This document shows positions 1 to 7,705 of a stretch of 25,347 nt of DNA, piece by piece (positions within the stretch are counted from its first letter, which is position 1; every line of letters begins with the position of its first letter). The translations under genes were made by a program, and so were the position numbers. Source of the stretch: a virus (lineage: Duplodnaviria > Caudoviricetes); the IMG/VR virus record IMGVR_UViG_3300038520_002665, positions 1-25,347 of that record; one strand, 5' to 3'. The notes beneath the pieces are model-generated. The model ran no database searches and was not told the DNA's origin. It saw nothing but the letters and a program-made list of their open reading frames with translations.

Positions 1-1
1 T

Positions 2-640
2 AAACCTGAAGCTCTTGATAAGTTGATCAAACTTCTTAAGAAAGGGACACCGATGAAAGAATCTAAAGAAGTTCTTTCTGAAAATCGTAAGAGAATACTT
101 CGTGATATCAAAAAACCTTATGTTCTTCCTGAGGTTAAGCAGGAAAAGTATAAGTTTAAAAAACTGGACAAAGTTAGAGCAAAGTATGGTAGAACAATTA
201 ACTCCGATTTGATGAAACAGGCAGAAGTTCCTAGTTCATTTAGGAAGGCAGATGATAGACTCTGGGGTAAATATGAAAAGGAAAAGAATGCTAAAAATTC
301 TCAAGATAAAAAGAATGTAGTTCTTGACCACTTGGGTGGTGGTGATCACTTTTTGGAATATGTTTACGAAAATGGTAAGCAGAAAAATCAAATTTCTTAT
401 GAGATGTTTGGTGGTAAGGCACCCAAGAAAGTTGTTCGTAAAGAACAGTTGAAAGGTGATACTTTATTGTTTATTGCAGACGAGAATGGGAAGAAGGAAT
501 CTATTCTTCAGTCTGAGATTAATGATAAACTAGATCAAGAATTCAATAAGGAACTTTTTGAGAAGTATTTTGAAGAGCAAACAACTGAAAAATCACTCTT
601 CAGAGAAATAACAAAGAGGGTGAATAACGGATCTAAATAA
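2..640 (+). CDS. C-terminal part of a charged (Lys/Glu-rich) hypothetical phage protein, truncated at the window start
   Basis: The frame is open from base 2 (AAA CCT GAA GCT...) to TAA at 638-640, so the true start probably lies upstream of the window. No recognisable motif. Confidence 0.7.
   Translation, partial: KPEALDKLIKLLKKGTPMKESKEVLSENRKRILRDIKKPYVLPEVKQEKYKFKKLDKVRAKYGRTINSDLMKQAEVPSSFRKADDRLWGKYEKEKNAKNSQDKKNVVLDHLGGGDHFLEYVYENGKQKNQISYEMFGGKAPKKVVRKEQLKGDTLLFIADENGKKESILQSEINDKLDQEFNKELFEKYFEEQTTEKSLFREITKRVNNGSK
634..639 (+). promoter_or_regulatory. T4-type late promoter core (TAAATA)
   Basis: cTAAATAa overlaps the stop codon of the first ORF and precedes a structured intergenic segment. 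Confidence 0.5.
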
Positions 641-719
641 CATTGAGTCTTTCGTGCAGACTCTACGATTGTCGGAAACCCCTATAATGAGGTACGGTCA
701 TTACCGTGTCTCTTTTTTT
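641..719 (+). ncRNA. Candidate small structured RNA (about 75 nt)
   Basis: Lies between TAAATA (634-639) and an intrinsic terminator. Contains hairpin GAGTCT(645-650)/AGACTC(658-663) and is GC-rich relative to its flanks. Confidence 0.4.
689..719 (+). terminator. Rho-independent terminator
   Basis: 10-bp stem GAGGTACGGT/ACCGTGTCTC (two G-U pairs), CATT loop, followed by T7. Confidence 0.8.
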
Positions 720-730
720 CTTTTTGTGGT

Positions 731-736
731 TAAATA
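731..736 (+). promoter_or_regulatory. T4-type late promoter for hsp20
   Basis: tTAAATAg directly after the terminator, 60 nt upstream of the hsp20 ATG. Confidence 0.6.
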
Positions 737-740
737 GTAG

Positions 741-798
741 TGGATGCCGAATGGGTCCATACAACACAAACTCGCTTTTAAAGGAGCTAAGAACTATG
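741..798 (+). promoter_or_regulatory. Structured hsp20 5'UTR, ROSE-like RNA thermometer candidate
   Basis: Hairpin TGGATgCC-GAAT-GGGTCCA (741-759). Then CTCGCTT (771-777) can pair with the Shine-Dalgarno AAGGAG (781-786) with a bulged G. Confidence 0.55.
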
Positions 799-1230
799 GG
801 TAACATTACGAGTTATCATGCTGCAGATTTGCCTTCTCTGCTAGATCGTATAAATAGAAACAGTATTGGTCTTGATGAATACTTTGATCGTGTGTTTAAG
901 CAACATGAAACCACATCAAACTATCCACCATACAATTTAGTTCAAGTCAGCAACGTCGAATCTAGACTTGAATTAGCACTAGCAGGATTTAAAAAGGAAG
1001 AGGTAAATGTCTACACCGAATACGGTAAACTTTTTGTCGAAGGAAAAAAACATGAAAGTGAAGATGGATCAACATATGTCCATCGAGGAATGGCTCAGAG
1101 ATCTTTCACCAGATCTTGGACCCTCTCAGATGAAACGGAAGTTAGATCAGTTACTTTTGAGGATGGGTTATTAACTATTATTTTGGGTAAAGTTATTCCA
1201 GAGCATCATTCTAGAAAAGATTATCTATAA
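796..1230 (+). CDS. hsp20: Small heat shock protein (Hsp20/alpha-crystallin, IbpA-like)
   Basis: NYPPYNL, LELALAGF, HRGMAQRSFTRSWTL and FEDGLLTI motifs. ATG at 796 follows the AGGAG SD; the track's GTG start at 706 lies inside a terminator. Confidence 0.95.
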   Translation: MGNITSYHAADLPSLLDRINRNSIGLDEYFDRVFKQHETTSNYPPYNLVQVSNVESRLELALAGFKKEEVNVYTEYGKLFVEGKKHESEDGSTYVHRGMAQRSFTRSWTLSDETEVRSVTFEDGLLTIILGKVIPEHHSRKDYL

Positions 1231-1260
1231 ATCCTAACTAATTTCTGCTATGGTTGATAC

Positions 1261-1289
1261 AAAAGTGTATCATATTGATACACTTTTTT
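1261..1289. terminator. Perfect inverted repeat; probable (bidirectional) terminator or protein-binding palindrome
   Basis: AAAAGTGTATCA-TAT-TGATACACTTTT followed by extra Ts, 30 nt after the hsp20 stop. Confidence 0.6.
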
Positions 1290-1306
1290 CTATATAATTG
1301 TGTACC

Positions 1307-1423
1307 ATGTCTAATACTTCAATGGCACTACTTGCATTTTTTTTAGCACTTACCGCATCAGCAATCCTGGCATATGAACTAACACCAAAATCAGAAGAAG
1401 AAGAATTGTTTCTTCCATATTGA
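1307..1423 (+). CDS. 38-aa putative single-pass membrane microprotein (not in ORF track)
   Basis: Translates to MSNTSMALLAFFLALTASAILAYELTPKSEEEELFLPY*, with a hydrophobic stretch and an acidic tail, and fills the gap between hsp20 and glyA. Confidence 0.55.
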   Translation: MSNTSMALLAFFLALTASAILAYELTPKSEEEELFLPY

Positions 1424-1450
1424 ATAAATATAATTAGATATAGTTATACT

Positions 1451-1489
1451 GAGGAGATAACTGGATTTTACCAGTTATCTCTTCTTTTT
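1451..1489 (+). terminator. Terminator-like hairpin immediately upstream of glyA
   Basis: GAGGAGATAACTGG-ATTTTA-CCAGTTATCTCTTC-TTTTT; preceded by ATAAATA at 1424-1430. Confidence 0.6.
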
Positions 1490-1502
1490 ATTGGAGATTA
1501 TC

Positions 1503-2732
1503 ATGACTTTAAAATACAATGATGAATTAGTTTATGGATTTATTCAGAAGGAATTAGAACGACAGCAAAATCATTTAGAAATGATTGCCAGTGAAAATTT
1601 CACATCTGCCGATGTCATGGAAGCTCAAGGTTCTATTCTTACGAATAAGTATGCGGAGGGTCTTCCAGGAAAGAGATATTATGGAGGATGCGAATGGATT
1701 GATGAGATTGAAAATTTAGCAAGAGAAAGAGCGCGAAGATTATTCAAAGTAAATTGGGTAAATGTTCAACCTCATAGTGGAGCACAAGCGAATGCCGCTG
1801 TATTTCTTGCTTTACTAAAACCTGGAGATACTGTTTTGTCTCTTGACTTGTCTCATGGGGGACATTTATCTCACGGTTCTAAAGTTAATATGTCCGGCAA
1901 GTGGTTTAACATTGTTCATTATGAGGTTGATGAAAGAGGTATATTGAACTATGGACAGATTTTAAATCTTGCAAGAGAGCATAAACCAAAATTAATTATT
2001 TGTGGTTTTTCTGCATACACTAGAATTATTGATTTTGGTAGATTTAGATATATTGCTGATGAGGTTGGTGCATACCTTTTAGCAGACATTGCACATATTG
2101 CAGGATTAGTTGCAACCGGTGTTCATCCATCTCCTATTCCATACGTTGATGTAGTAACTACAACCACTCACAAGACCTTACGAGGACCTAGGGGTGGACT
2201 GATTATGTCTAATGATATTGAGTTGGGTAAAAAATTAGATAAAGCAGTTTTCCCTGGAACTCAGGGGGGACCTTTAGAACATGTCATTGCAGCGAAAGCT
2301 GTTGCTTTTGGTGAGGCATTGAAACCAGAATTTAAAGAATATTGTAGACAAGTTGTTAGTAATTCCAGAGCCCTTGCTCAAAGATTGGTTGATAATGGTA
2401 TTGATGTTGTATCTGATGGTACAGATAATCATATTGTTTTACTTGATCTACGAAGTTTAGGAATTACAGGTAAGTTCGCTGATCAACTTGTGAGTGAAAT
2501 CAATATTACTGCAAATAAAAATACAGTTCCTTTTGATCCAGAGTCACCCTTTGTTACCAGTGGATTGAGATTGGGATCGTCTGCTTTAACTACACGAGGA
2601 TTTGATGAAAATGATTTCGTTGAAGTTGCTGACATTATCTCTAGTCGTCTTAAAAATTATGAAGAAGTTGGAAATAAAGAGGAGTGCTTGCAAAGGGTAT
2701 CTAAACTTTGTTTGAATAATCCTCTTTACTAA
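1503..2732 (+). CDS. glyA: Serine hydroxymethyltransferase (PLP-dependent), auxiliary metabolic gene
   Basis: [57 protein letters not shown]-lysine motif [14 protein letters not shown] and [14 protein letters not shown] before ATG 1503. Confidence 0.97.
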   Translation: MTLKYNDELVYGFIQKELERQQNHLEMIASENFTSADVMEAQGSILTNKYAEGLPGKRYYGGCEWIDEIENLARERARRLFKVNWVNVQPHSGAQANAAVFLALLKPGDTVLSLDLSHGGHLSHGSKVNMSGKWFNIVHYEVDERGILNYGQILNLAREHKPKLIICGFSAYTRIIDFGRFRYIADEVGAYLLADIAHIAGLVATGVHPSPIPYVDVVTTTTHKTLRGPRGGLIMSNDIELGKKLDKAVFPGTQGGPLEHVIAAKAVAFGEALKPEFKEYCRQVVSNSRALAQRLVDNGIDVVSDGTDNHIVLLDLRSLGITGKFADQLVSEINITANKNTVPFDPESPFVTSGLRLGSSALTTRGFDENDFVEVADIISSRLKNYEEVGNKEECLQRVSKLCLNNPLY

Positions 2733-2757
2733 ATAAAAAATGAATATCGTCGCCGCC

Positions 2758-2797
2758 GAGGGGAACTGGCACAAACCAGTTGACTCCCCTCTTTTTT
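2758..2797 (+). terminator. Rho-independent terminator overlapping a sigma70 promoter
   Basis: GAGGGGAACTGG-CACAAA-CCAGTTgaCTCCCCTC-TTTTTT. Confidence 0.75.
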
Positions 2798-2808
2798 ATT
2801 GGTATAAT
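2780..2808 (+). promoter_or_regulatory. Host sigma70-type promoter for the polymerase operon
   Basis: TTGACT (2780-2785), 17-bp spacer, TATAAT (2803-2808). Confidence 0.8.
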
Positions 2809-2829
2809 AGCAAGAGGTAAACACTGATC

Positions 2830-3231
2830 ATGAGTATTCAACTAGCATTATTGAAGTCTGGTGAGGAGGTCATTGCAGACATCAAAGAATTTAGAGATTC
2901 AGGAGAAAATTTAGTTTCATATCTTTTTAAAGATCCACACTGTATAAAAGTTAAGAAAAAATCTCAAGTTTTAACAGAAGATATTTCACCTAAACATGAA
3001 GCGGTATTTTATAAGTGGATGTCACTTTCAAAAGATGATGATATCGTTGTAAATAAAGATTGGGTTGTATGTATTGTTGATCCAATTGAATCAATTGAAC
3101 AAGCATATTCTAGGAGAAAATATGGAGGAAGTAGCACAGTCAACGGATCAAATGATGGAATCACCATCGACGGAGGAGAGACAGCAGATACAAGTTCTTT
3201 ACTTAACGAACAAGTTAATTTTACTGAGTGA
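2830..3231 (+). CDS. Conserved T4-like cyanophage hypothetical protein (possible Sm-like beta-barrel)
   Basis: LALLKSGEEVIADIKE N-terminus, GAGG SD, and the typical position between hsp20 and gp43. The fold assignment is from recall only. Confidence 0.8.
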   Translation: MSIQLALLKSGEEVIADIKEFRDSGENLVSYLFKDPHCIKVKKKSQVLTEDISPKHEAVFYKWMSLSKDDDIVVNKDWVVCIVDPIESIEQAYSRRKYGGSSTVNGSNDGITIDGGETADTSSLLNEQVNFTE

Positions 3232-3433
3232 GATTGAAGAGGTTGGGGCAATTGATATTGGCCAACCAGACTGCAAACTTACAAATCCTTGTTTGTACGA
3301 CCATGGAGAATTGAAACTATGGTTAAAAGATATAACTGATGACAATGTTATCATGATGAGCTCTGATAAAATATTGACAATGGTTGATCCAAATCAAAAA
3401 CTTCTCTCTCAATACAATTCCTTAACTAAATGA
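3122..3433 (+). CDS. Conserved hypothetical protein upstream of gp43
   Basis: AGGAG SD before ATG 3122; IGQPDCKLTNP and SSDKILTMVDP motifs; stop overlaps the gp43 start (ATGA). Confidence 0.75.
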   Translation: MEEVAQSTDQMMESPSTEERQQIQVLYLTNKLILLSEIEEVGAIDIGQPDCKLTNPCLYDHGELKLWLKDITDDNVIMMSSDKILTMVDPNQKLLSQYNSLTK

Positions 3434-5925
3434 GATTTTATACAAATGTTTACCAGAGATTTAATGAAGTCCTGGTACGTGGATATGAAGATGGTAAACA
3501 CTTTTCTGCAAGAGAAGAATTTTATCCAACTTTTTTTGTTCCATCTAAAAAAGAAACAAAATACAAAACACTTGACGGCAAGTGCGTAGAACCAATCAAA
3601 CCTGGTAAGATTTCAGATTGTAAAGAGTTTGTAGAAAAATATAAGGATGTAGAAGGATTTGCTATCTATGGCAATGATCGATATGTTGCTCAATATATTT
3701 CAGAAAAGTATCCTGAGGATGAAATCAAGTTTGATATCCAAAAGATTAAATTGTTTACCATTGACATTGAGGTTGCTGCAGAGGGCGGTTTCCCCGATGT
3801 CTTTAATGTTGCAGAGGAACTGCTTGCAATCACACTGCAGGACTATGCAACCAAACAGATCATCTGCTTTGCATCTCGTCCATTCAACAACACTCGTAAG
3901 GATGTCAAGTATGTGCAGTGCTATGATGAGTTTGATCTGATCAATCGTTTCCTTGATTGGTGGCAGGCAGAGCAACCTGAAGTGATTACTGGTTGGAACT
4001 GTGAACTATATGATATTCCTTACATCGTAAGACGCATTGAGCGCCTGATGGGTGAGAAGGTTATGAAGAAACTTTCTCCTTGGAATAATGTTCGCACTCG
4101 TGAGATCAAGTTACATGGTCGTGATCAACTGACATGCGAGATGGCAGGCATTACTGTCATTGACTATCTTGATCTGTATAAGAAGTTTACTTATACGAAC
4201 CAAGAATCATATCGCCTGGATCACATTGCATTTGTGGAATTGGGTGAGCGTAAATTGGATCACTCCGAGTTTGATACCTTTAAAGACTTCTATACAGGTA
4301 ACTGGCAGAAGTTTATTGAGTATAATATTAGAGACGTGGAACTTGTTGACCGTATGGAAGACAAGATGAAATTGATTGAACTTGCATTAACGATGGCGTT
4401 TGATGCTAAGGTAAACTTTACAGATGTTTTCTTTCAGGTACGCACTTGGGATGCAATCATCTATAATTATCTAAAGAAAAAGAACATAGTAATCCCTCCC
4501 AAAGAGAGATCAGAAAAAGATTCACAGTATGCAGGTGCTTATGTCAAGGAACCGATTCCGGGAAAGTATGATTGGGTTGTCAGTTTTGACCTCAACAGTC
4601 TTTACCCTCATCTTATTATGCAATATAATATATCCCCAGAAACCCTCTTGGGCGAGAGACACCCATCAGCCACAGTTGACAAAATACTTAATGAGCAAGT
4701 AACATTTGAAATGCATAAAAATTATGCTGTCTGTCCGAATGGTGCAATGTATCGCAAGGATATAAAAGGTTTCTTGCCTGAGTTGATGGAGAAGATGTAT
4801 GGAGACCGTGTTATCTTCAAGAAGAAGATGCTTACTGCCAAACAGCAGTATGAGAAGACGCCTACTAAAGCACTTGAAAAAGAGATCGCCAGATGTAACA
4901 ACATTCAAATGGCGAAAAAGATTTCTCTTAACTCTGCTTATGGTGCTATTGGTAATCAATACTTCAGGTATTTCAAACTAGCAAATGCAGAAGCAATCAC
5001 CTTGTCTGGTCAAGTTTCAATTCGCTGGATTGAAAATCGAATGAACAAGCGTCTAAATAAAATCCTGAAAACAGAGGACACTGATTATGTTATTGCTTCA
5101 GATACTGACTCCATTTATCTTAATTTGGGTCCTTTTGTTGACGCTGTATTCAAAGACAGAGAGAAAACTTCTGAGGAAGTTGTTAACTTCCTTAATAAGG
5201 TCTGTGAGGTGGAATTTGAACCTTATATTGAAAGTTCTTACCAAGCGTTGGCGGACTATGTAAATGCCTATGATCAAAAGATGCAGATGAAGCGAGAGAA
5301 CATCGCTGATCGTGGCATTTGGACTGCTAAGAAGAGATACATTCTGAATGTCTGGGATAGTGAAGGAGTGCGATATGCAGAACCTAAACTTAAGATCATG
5401 GGCATTGAAGCAGTCAAGTCATCTACTCCAGCGCCTTGTCGTCAAATGATTAAGGATGGACTTAAACTGATGATGAATGCAACTGAAGATGAGATGATTA
5501 ATTTTATTGAAGAATCTCGTAAACATTTCCGTGGATTATCTCCAGAAGATATTTCCTTTCCGAGGTCTGTATCTAATGTAAACAAGTATAAAGGTACATC
5601 AAAGATTTATGAAAAGGGAACACCTATGCATGTTCGTGGAGCTTTACTTTATAACTTCTATATAAAAGAGCGTGGATTAGATAAAAAATACGCATACATT
5701 CAAAACGGTGAGAAAATTAAATTTTGTTATCTGAAAAGTCCAAATCCTACAAGAGAAAATGTCATTTCATTTATTCAAGACTTCCCTAAAGAACTTGATC
5801 TGGCAAGATTTGTAGATTATGATATGCAATTTGATAAAGCATTTTTGGAACCTGTTAAAACTATCTTAGACTCAATTGGATGGTCAGTTGAGAAAAAGAT
5901 TAGTCTGGAAAGTTTTTTTGTTTGA
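3430..5925 (+). CDS. gp43: Family B DNA polymerase, T4 gp43-like
   Basis: Exonuclease motifs DIEV, TGWNCELYDIPY and YNIRDV. Polymerase motifs SFDLNSLYP, KISLNSAYG and SDTDS. C-terminal clamp-binding SLESFF. No intein or intron evident at 831 aa. Confidence 0.98.
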   Translation: MRFYTNVYQRFNEVLVRGYEDGKHFSAREEFYPTFFVPSKKETKYKTLDGKCVEPIKPGKISDCKEFVEKYKDVEGFAIYGNDRYVAQYISEKYPEDEIKFDIQKIKLFTIDIEVAAEGGFPDVFNVAEELLAITLQDYATKQIICFASRPFNNTRKDVKYVQCYDEFDLINRFLDWWQAEQPEVITGWNCELYDIPYIVRRIERLMGEKVMKKLSPWNNVRTREIKLHGRDQLTCEMAGITVIDYLDLYKKFTYTNQESYRLDHIAFVELGERKLDHSEFDTFKDFYTGNWQKFIEYNIRDVELVDRMEDKMKLIELALTMAFDAKVNFTDVFFQVRTWDAIIYNYLKKKNIVIPPKERSEKDSQYAGAYVKEPIPGKYDWVVSFDLNSLYPHLIMQYNISPETLLGERHPSATVDKILNEQVTFEMHKNYAVCPNGAMYRKDIKGFLPELMEKMYGDRVIFKKKMLTAKQQYEKTPTKALEKEIARCNNIQMAKKISLNSAYGAIGNQYFRYFKLANAEAITLSGQVSIRWIENRMNKRLNKILKTEDTDYVIASDTDSIYLNLGPFVDAVFKDREKTSEEVVNFLNKVCEVEFEPYIESSYQALADYVNAYDQKMQMKRENIADRGIWTAKKRYILNVWDSEGVRYAEPKLKIMGIEAVKSSTPAPCRQMIKDGLKLMMNATEDEMINFIEESRKHFRGLSPEDISFPRSVSNVNKYKGTSKIYEKGTPMHVRGALLYNFYIKERGLDKKYAYIQNGEKIKFCYLKSPNPTRENVISFIQDFPKELDLARFVDYDMQFDKAFLEPVKTILDSIGWSVEKKISLESFFV

Positions 5926-5926
5926 T

Positions 5927-5955
5927 TTGCCAAATGAAATGAAATCAAGTATAAT
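5927..5955 (+). promoter_or_regulatory. Sigma70-type promoter
   Basis: TTGCCA (5927-5932), 17 bp, TATAAT (5950-5955). Confidence 0.6.
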
Positions 5956-5992
5956 GAACTTACCACGTATTAAAAAACCTGCCAAAGCATTA

Positions 5993-6163
5993 ATGGAATT
6001 ACCCATCAACGACAAAGAACTTAAAACAATTGTAAGTGCTCTCCGTTTAGGTGGAGATGCAGCTTTGTATCAAAAGATTAAACTAATTCAGGATATTCGT
6101 GAACAGTATCCTGGTAATACTTACAAAAAAATTGCTCGTGAACAATTCGGATATGTGATCTAA
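5993..6163 (+). CDS. Small conserved hypothetical protein (56 aa; start uncertain)
   Basis: MELPINDKELKTIVSALRLGGDAALYQK...; stop overlaps the uvsX start (TAATG). Upstream alternative starts overlap the promoter or gp43. Confidence 0.7.
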   Translation: MELPINDKELKTIVSALRLGGDAALYQKIKLIQDIREQYPGNTYKKIAREQFGYVI

Positions 6164-7170
6164 TGGATTTACTCAAAGATATTGTAAAAGAAATTGGAGG
6201 TGATTATGCTCAACTCGCTTCTGAAATAGATGAAAAAGAAACTTATGTGGATACAGGTTCGTACATTTTTAATGGACTTGTTTCAGGGTCTATATTTGGT
6301 GGTGTATCTGGGAATAAGATTACTGCCATTGCTGGCGAGTCTAGCACTGGAAAAACTTTTTTCTCTCTTGCTGTCGTCAAGAACTTCCTTGATTGTAACC
6401 CTGATAGTTATTGTTTATATTTTGACACTGAAGCCGCTGTTAATAAGTCTCTACTCGCAAGTCGCGGGATAGATCTTGACAGAGTTGCAGTTGTTAATGT
6501 TGTAACAGTTGAAGAGTTTCGTAGTAAAGCACTGAAGGCAGTAGACATTTATTTGAAAACACCTGAAGATGAACGCAAACCTTGTATGTTTGTTCTTGAT
6601 TCTTTGGGAATGCTTTCCACTGAGAAAGAAATTACTGATGCTTTGAATGATAAACAAGTTAGAGATATGACCAAATCTCAACTTATTAAAGGCGCATTCC
6701 GTATGCTAACTCTTAAATTGGGTCAAGCAAATATTCCTATGATTGTTACTAACCATACCTATGATGTTATCGGTGCTTATGTTCCAACTAAAGAAATGGG
6801 AGGAGGTAGTGGACTCAAGTATGCTGCTTCTACAATCATCCATCTCAGCAAAAAGAAAGAAAAGGATGGAACAGAAATCGTCGGAAATCTTATCAAGGCA
6901 AAGACTGCTAAGTCGCGTTTAAGCAAGGAGAACAAGGATGTTACAGTACGTCTTTATTACGATGAGCGTGGTCTTGATCGATATTATGGTCTTCTTGAAC
7001 TCGGTGAGATTGGCGGACTTTGGAAAAACGTTGCTGGTCGATATGAGATGAATGGAAAGAAAGTCTATGCAAAAGTAATCTTAAAAGATCCTGAAGAATA
7101 TTTCACTGAAGATGTAATGCAAAAACTTGACAGTATTGCTAAATCTGAATTTAGTTATGGTTCTAACTAA
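6163..7170 (+). CDS. uvsX: RecA-like recombinase UvsX
   Basis: Walker A AGESSTGKT, YFDTE, Walker B FVLDSLG, VTNHTY and MGGGSGLKYAAS. Confidence 0.96.
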   Translation: MDLLKDIVKEIGGDYAQLASEIDEKETYVDTGSYIFNGLVSGSIFGGVSGNKITAIAGESSTGKTFFSLAVVKNFLDCNPDSYCLYFDTEAAVNKSLLASRGIDLDRVAVVNVVTVEEFRSKALKAVDIYLKTPEDERKPCMFVLDSLGMLSTEKEITDALNDKQVRDMTKSQLIKGAFRMLTLKLGQANIPMIVTNHTYDVIGAYVPTKEMGGGSGLKYAASTIIHLSKKKEKDGTEIVGNLIKAKTAKSRLSKENKDVTVRLYYDERGLDRYYGLLELGEIGGLWKNVAGRYEMNGKKVYAKVILKDPEEYFTEDVMQKLDSIAKSEFSYGSN

Positions 7171-7705
7171 AGATTTTATTCGTATTCATGATAATGCTTT
7201 AGATCAAGATGTGTGCAATTCTCTTATACACATCTTTGATTCTAATGAGGAAAAGCACGAAAAGATAGATCAGCAAAAGAAGCCAACTTTTACTCAATTT
7301 AATCTGACAGAAAACTCTGCAGACTTTAATGAAGTACATACGTTACTCATAAAGAAAACAATTCAGTATCGAAACGAATATTACAAGTTTATTGACAAGA
7401 GAGTATTTCCAGAAGCTCATGCCTTTGAGCAATTTCGTATTAAAAAATACGATCCAAATGGCAAAGATATGTTTGATACCCATGTAGATGTTCAAGACCA
7501 TACATCTGCAAGGAGATTTTTGTCATTTATGTGGTATCTAAATGATGTTCCTGAAGGTGGAAATACAGTCTTCAATGATTTGACAATCAAACCAGAAAGA
7601 GGTAAACTAGTGGTCTTCCCACCTCTGTGGTTGTTTCCGCATCGGGGAGAACCAGTGGTTGAGATCCCAAAGTATATCCTCAGCACGTATCTACACTATA
7701 AGTAA
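7157..7705 (+). CDS. 2OG-Fe(II) oxygenase (prolyl-4-hydroxylase-like)
   Basis: HxD (HVD), WYLNDVPEGGNTVF, KPERGKLVVFP, distal His (PHRG) and KY at the 2OG-binding position. Confidence 0.9.
   Translation: MVLTKDFIRIHDNALDQDVCNSLIHIFDSNEEKHEKIDQQKKPTFTQFNLTENSADFNEVHTLLIKKTIQYRNEYYKFIDKRVFPEAHAFEQFRIKKYDPNGKDMFDTHVDVQDHTSARRFLSFMWYLNDVPEGGNTVFNDLTIKPERGKLVVFPPLWLFPHRGEPVVEIPKYILSTYLHYK

Noticed and set aside
706-795. 30-aa N-terminal extension of Hsp20 in the ORF track
   Set aside because: The GTG lies inside a terminator stem and upstream of the gene's promoter; a strong SD precedes ATG 796.
849-856. Exact TATAAATA inside hsp20
   Set aside because: It is intragenic, a terminator-like palindrome follows the gene, and 8-mer matches are expected by chance in AT-rich DNA.
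2746-2754. ATCGTCGCC is complementary to a GGCGACGAU stretch I recall in bacterial 16S rRNA
   Set aside because: A 9-nt match is too short to be significant and the host rRNA sequence is not available.
3430-5925. Possible intein, intron or homing endonuclease in gp43 (also considered for nrdA, nrdB and gp41)
   Set aside because: All are uninterrupted and of normal length, with no splicing or endonuclease motifs seen.
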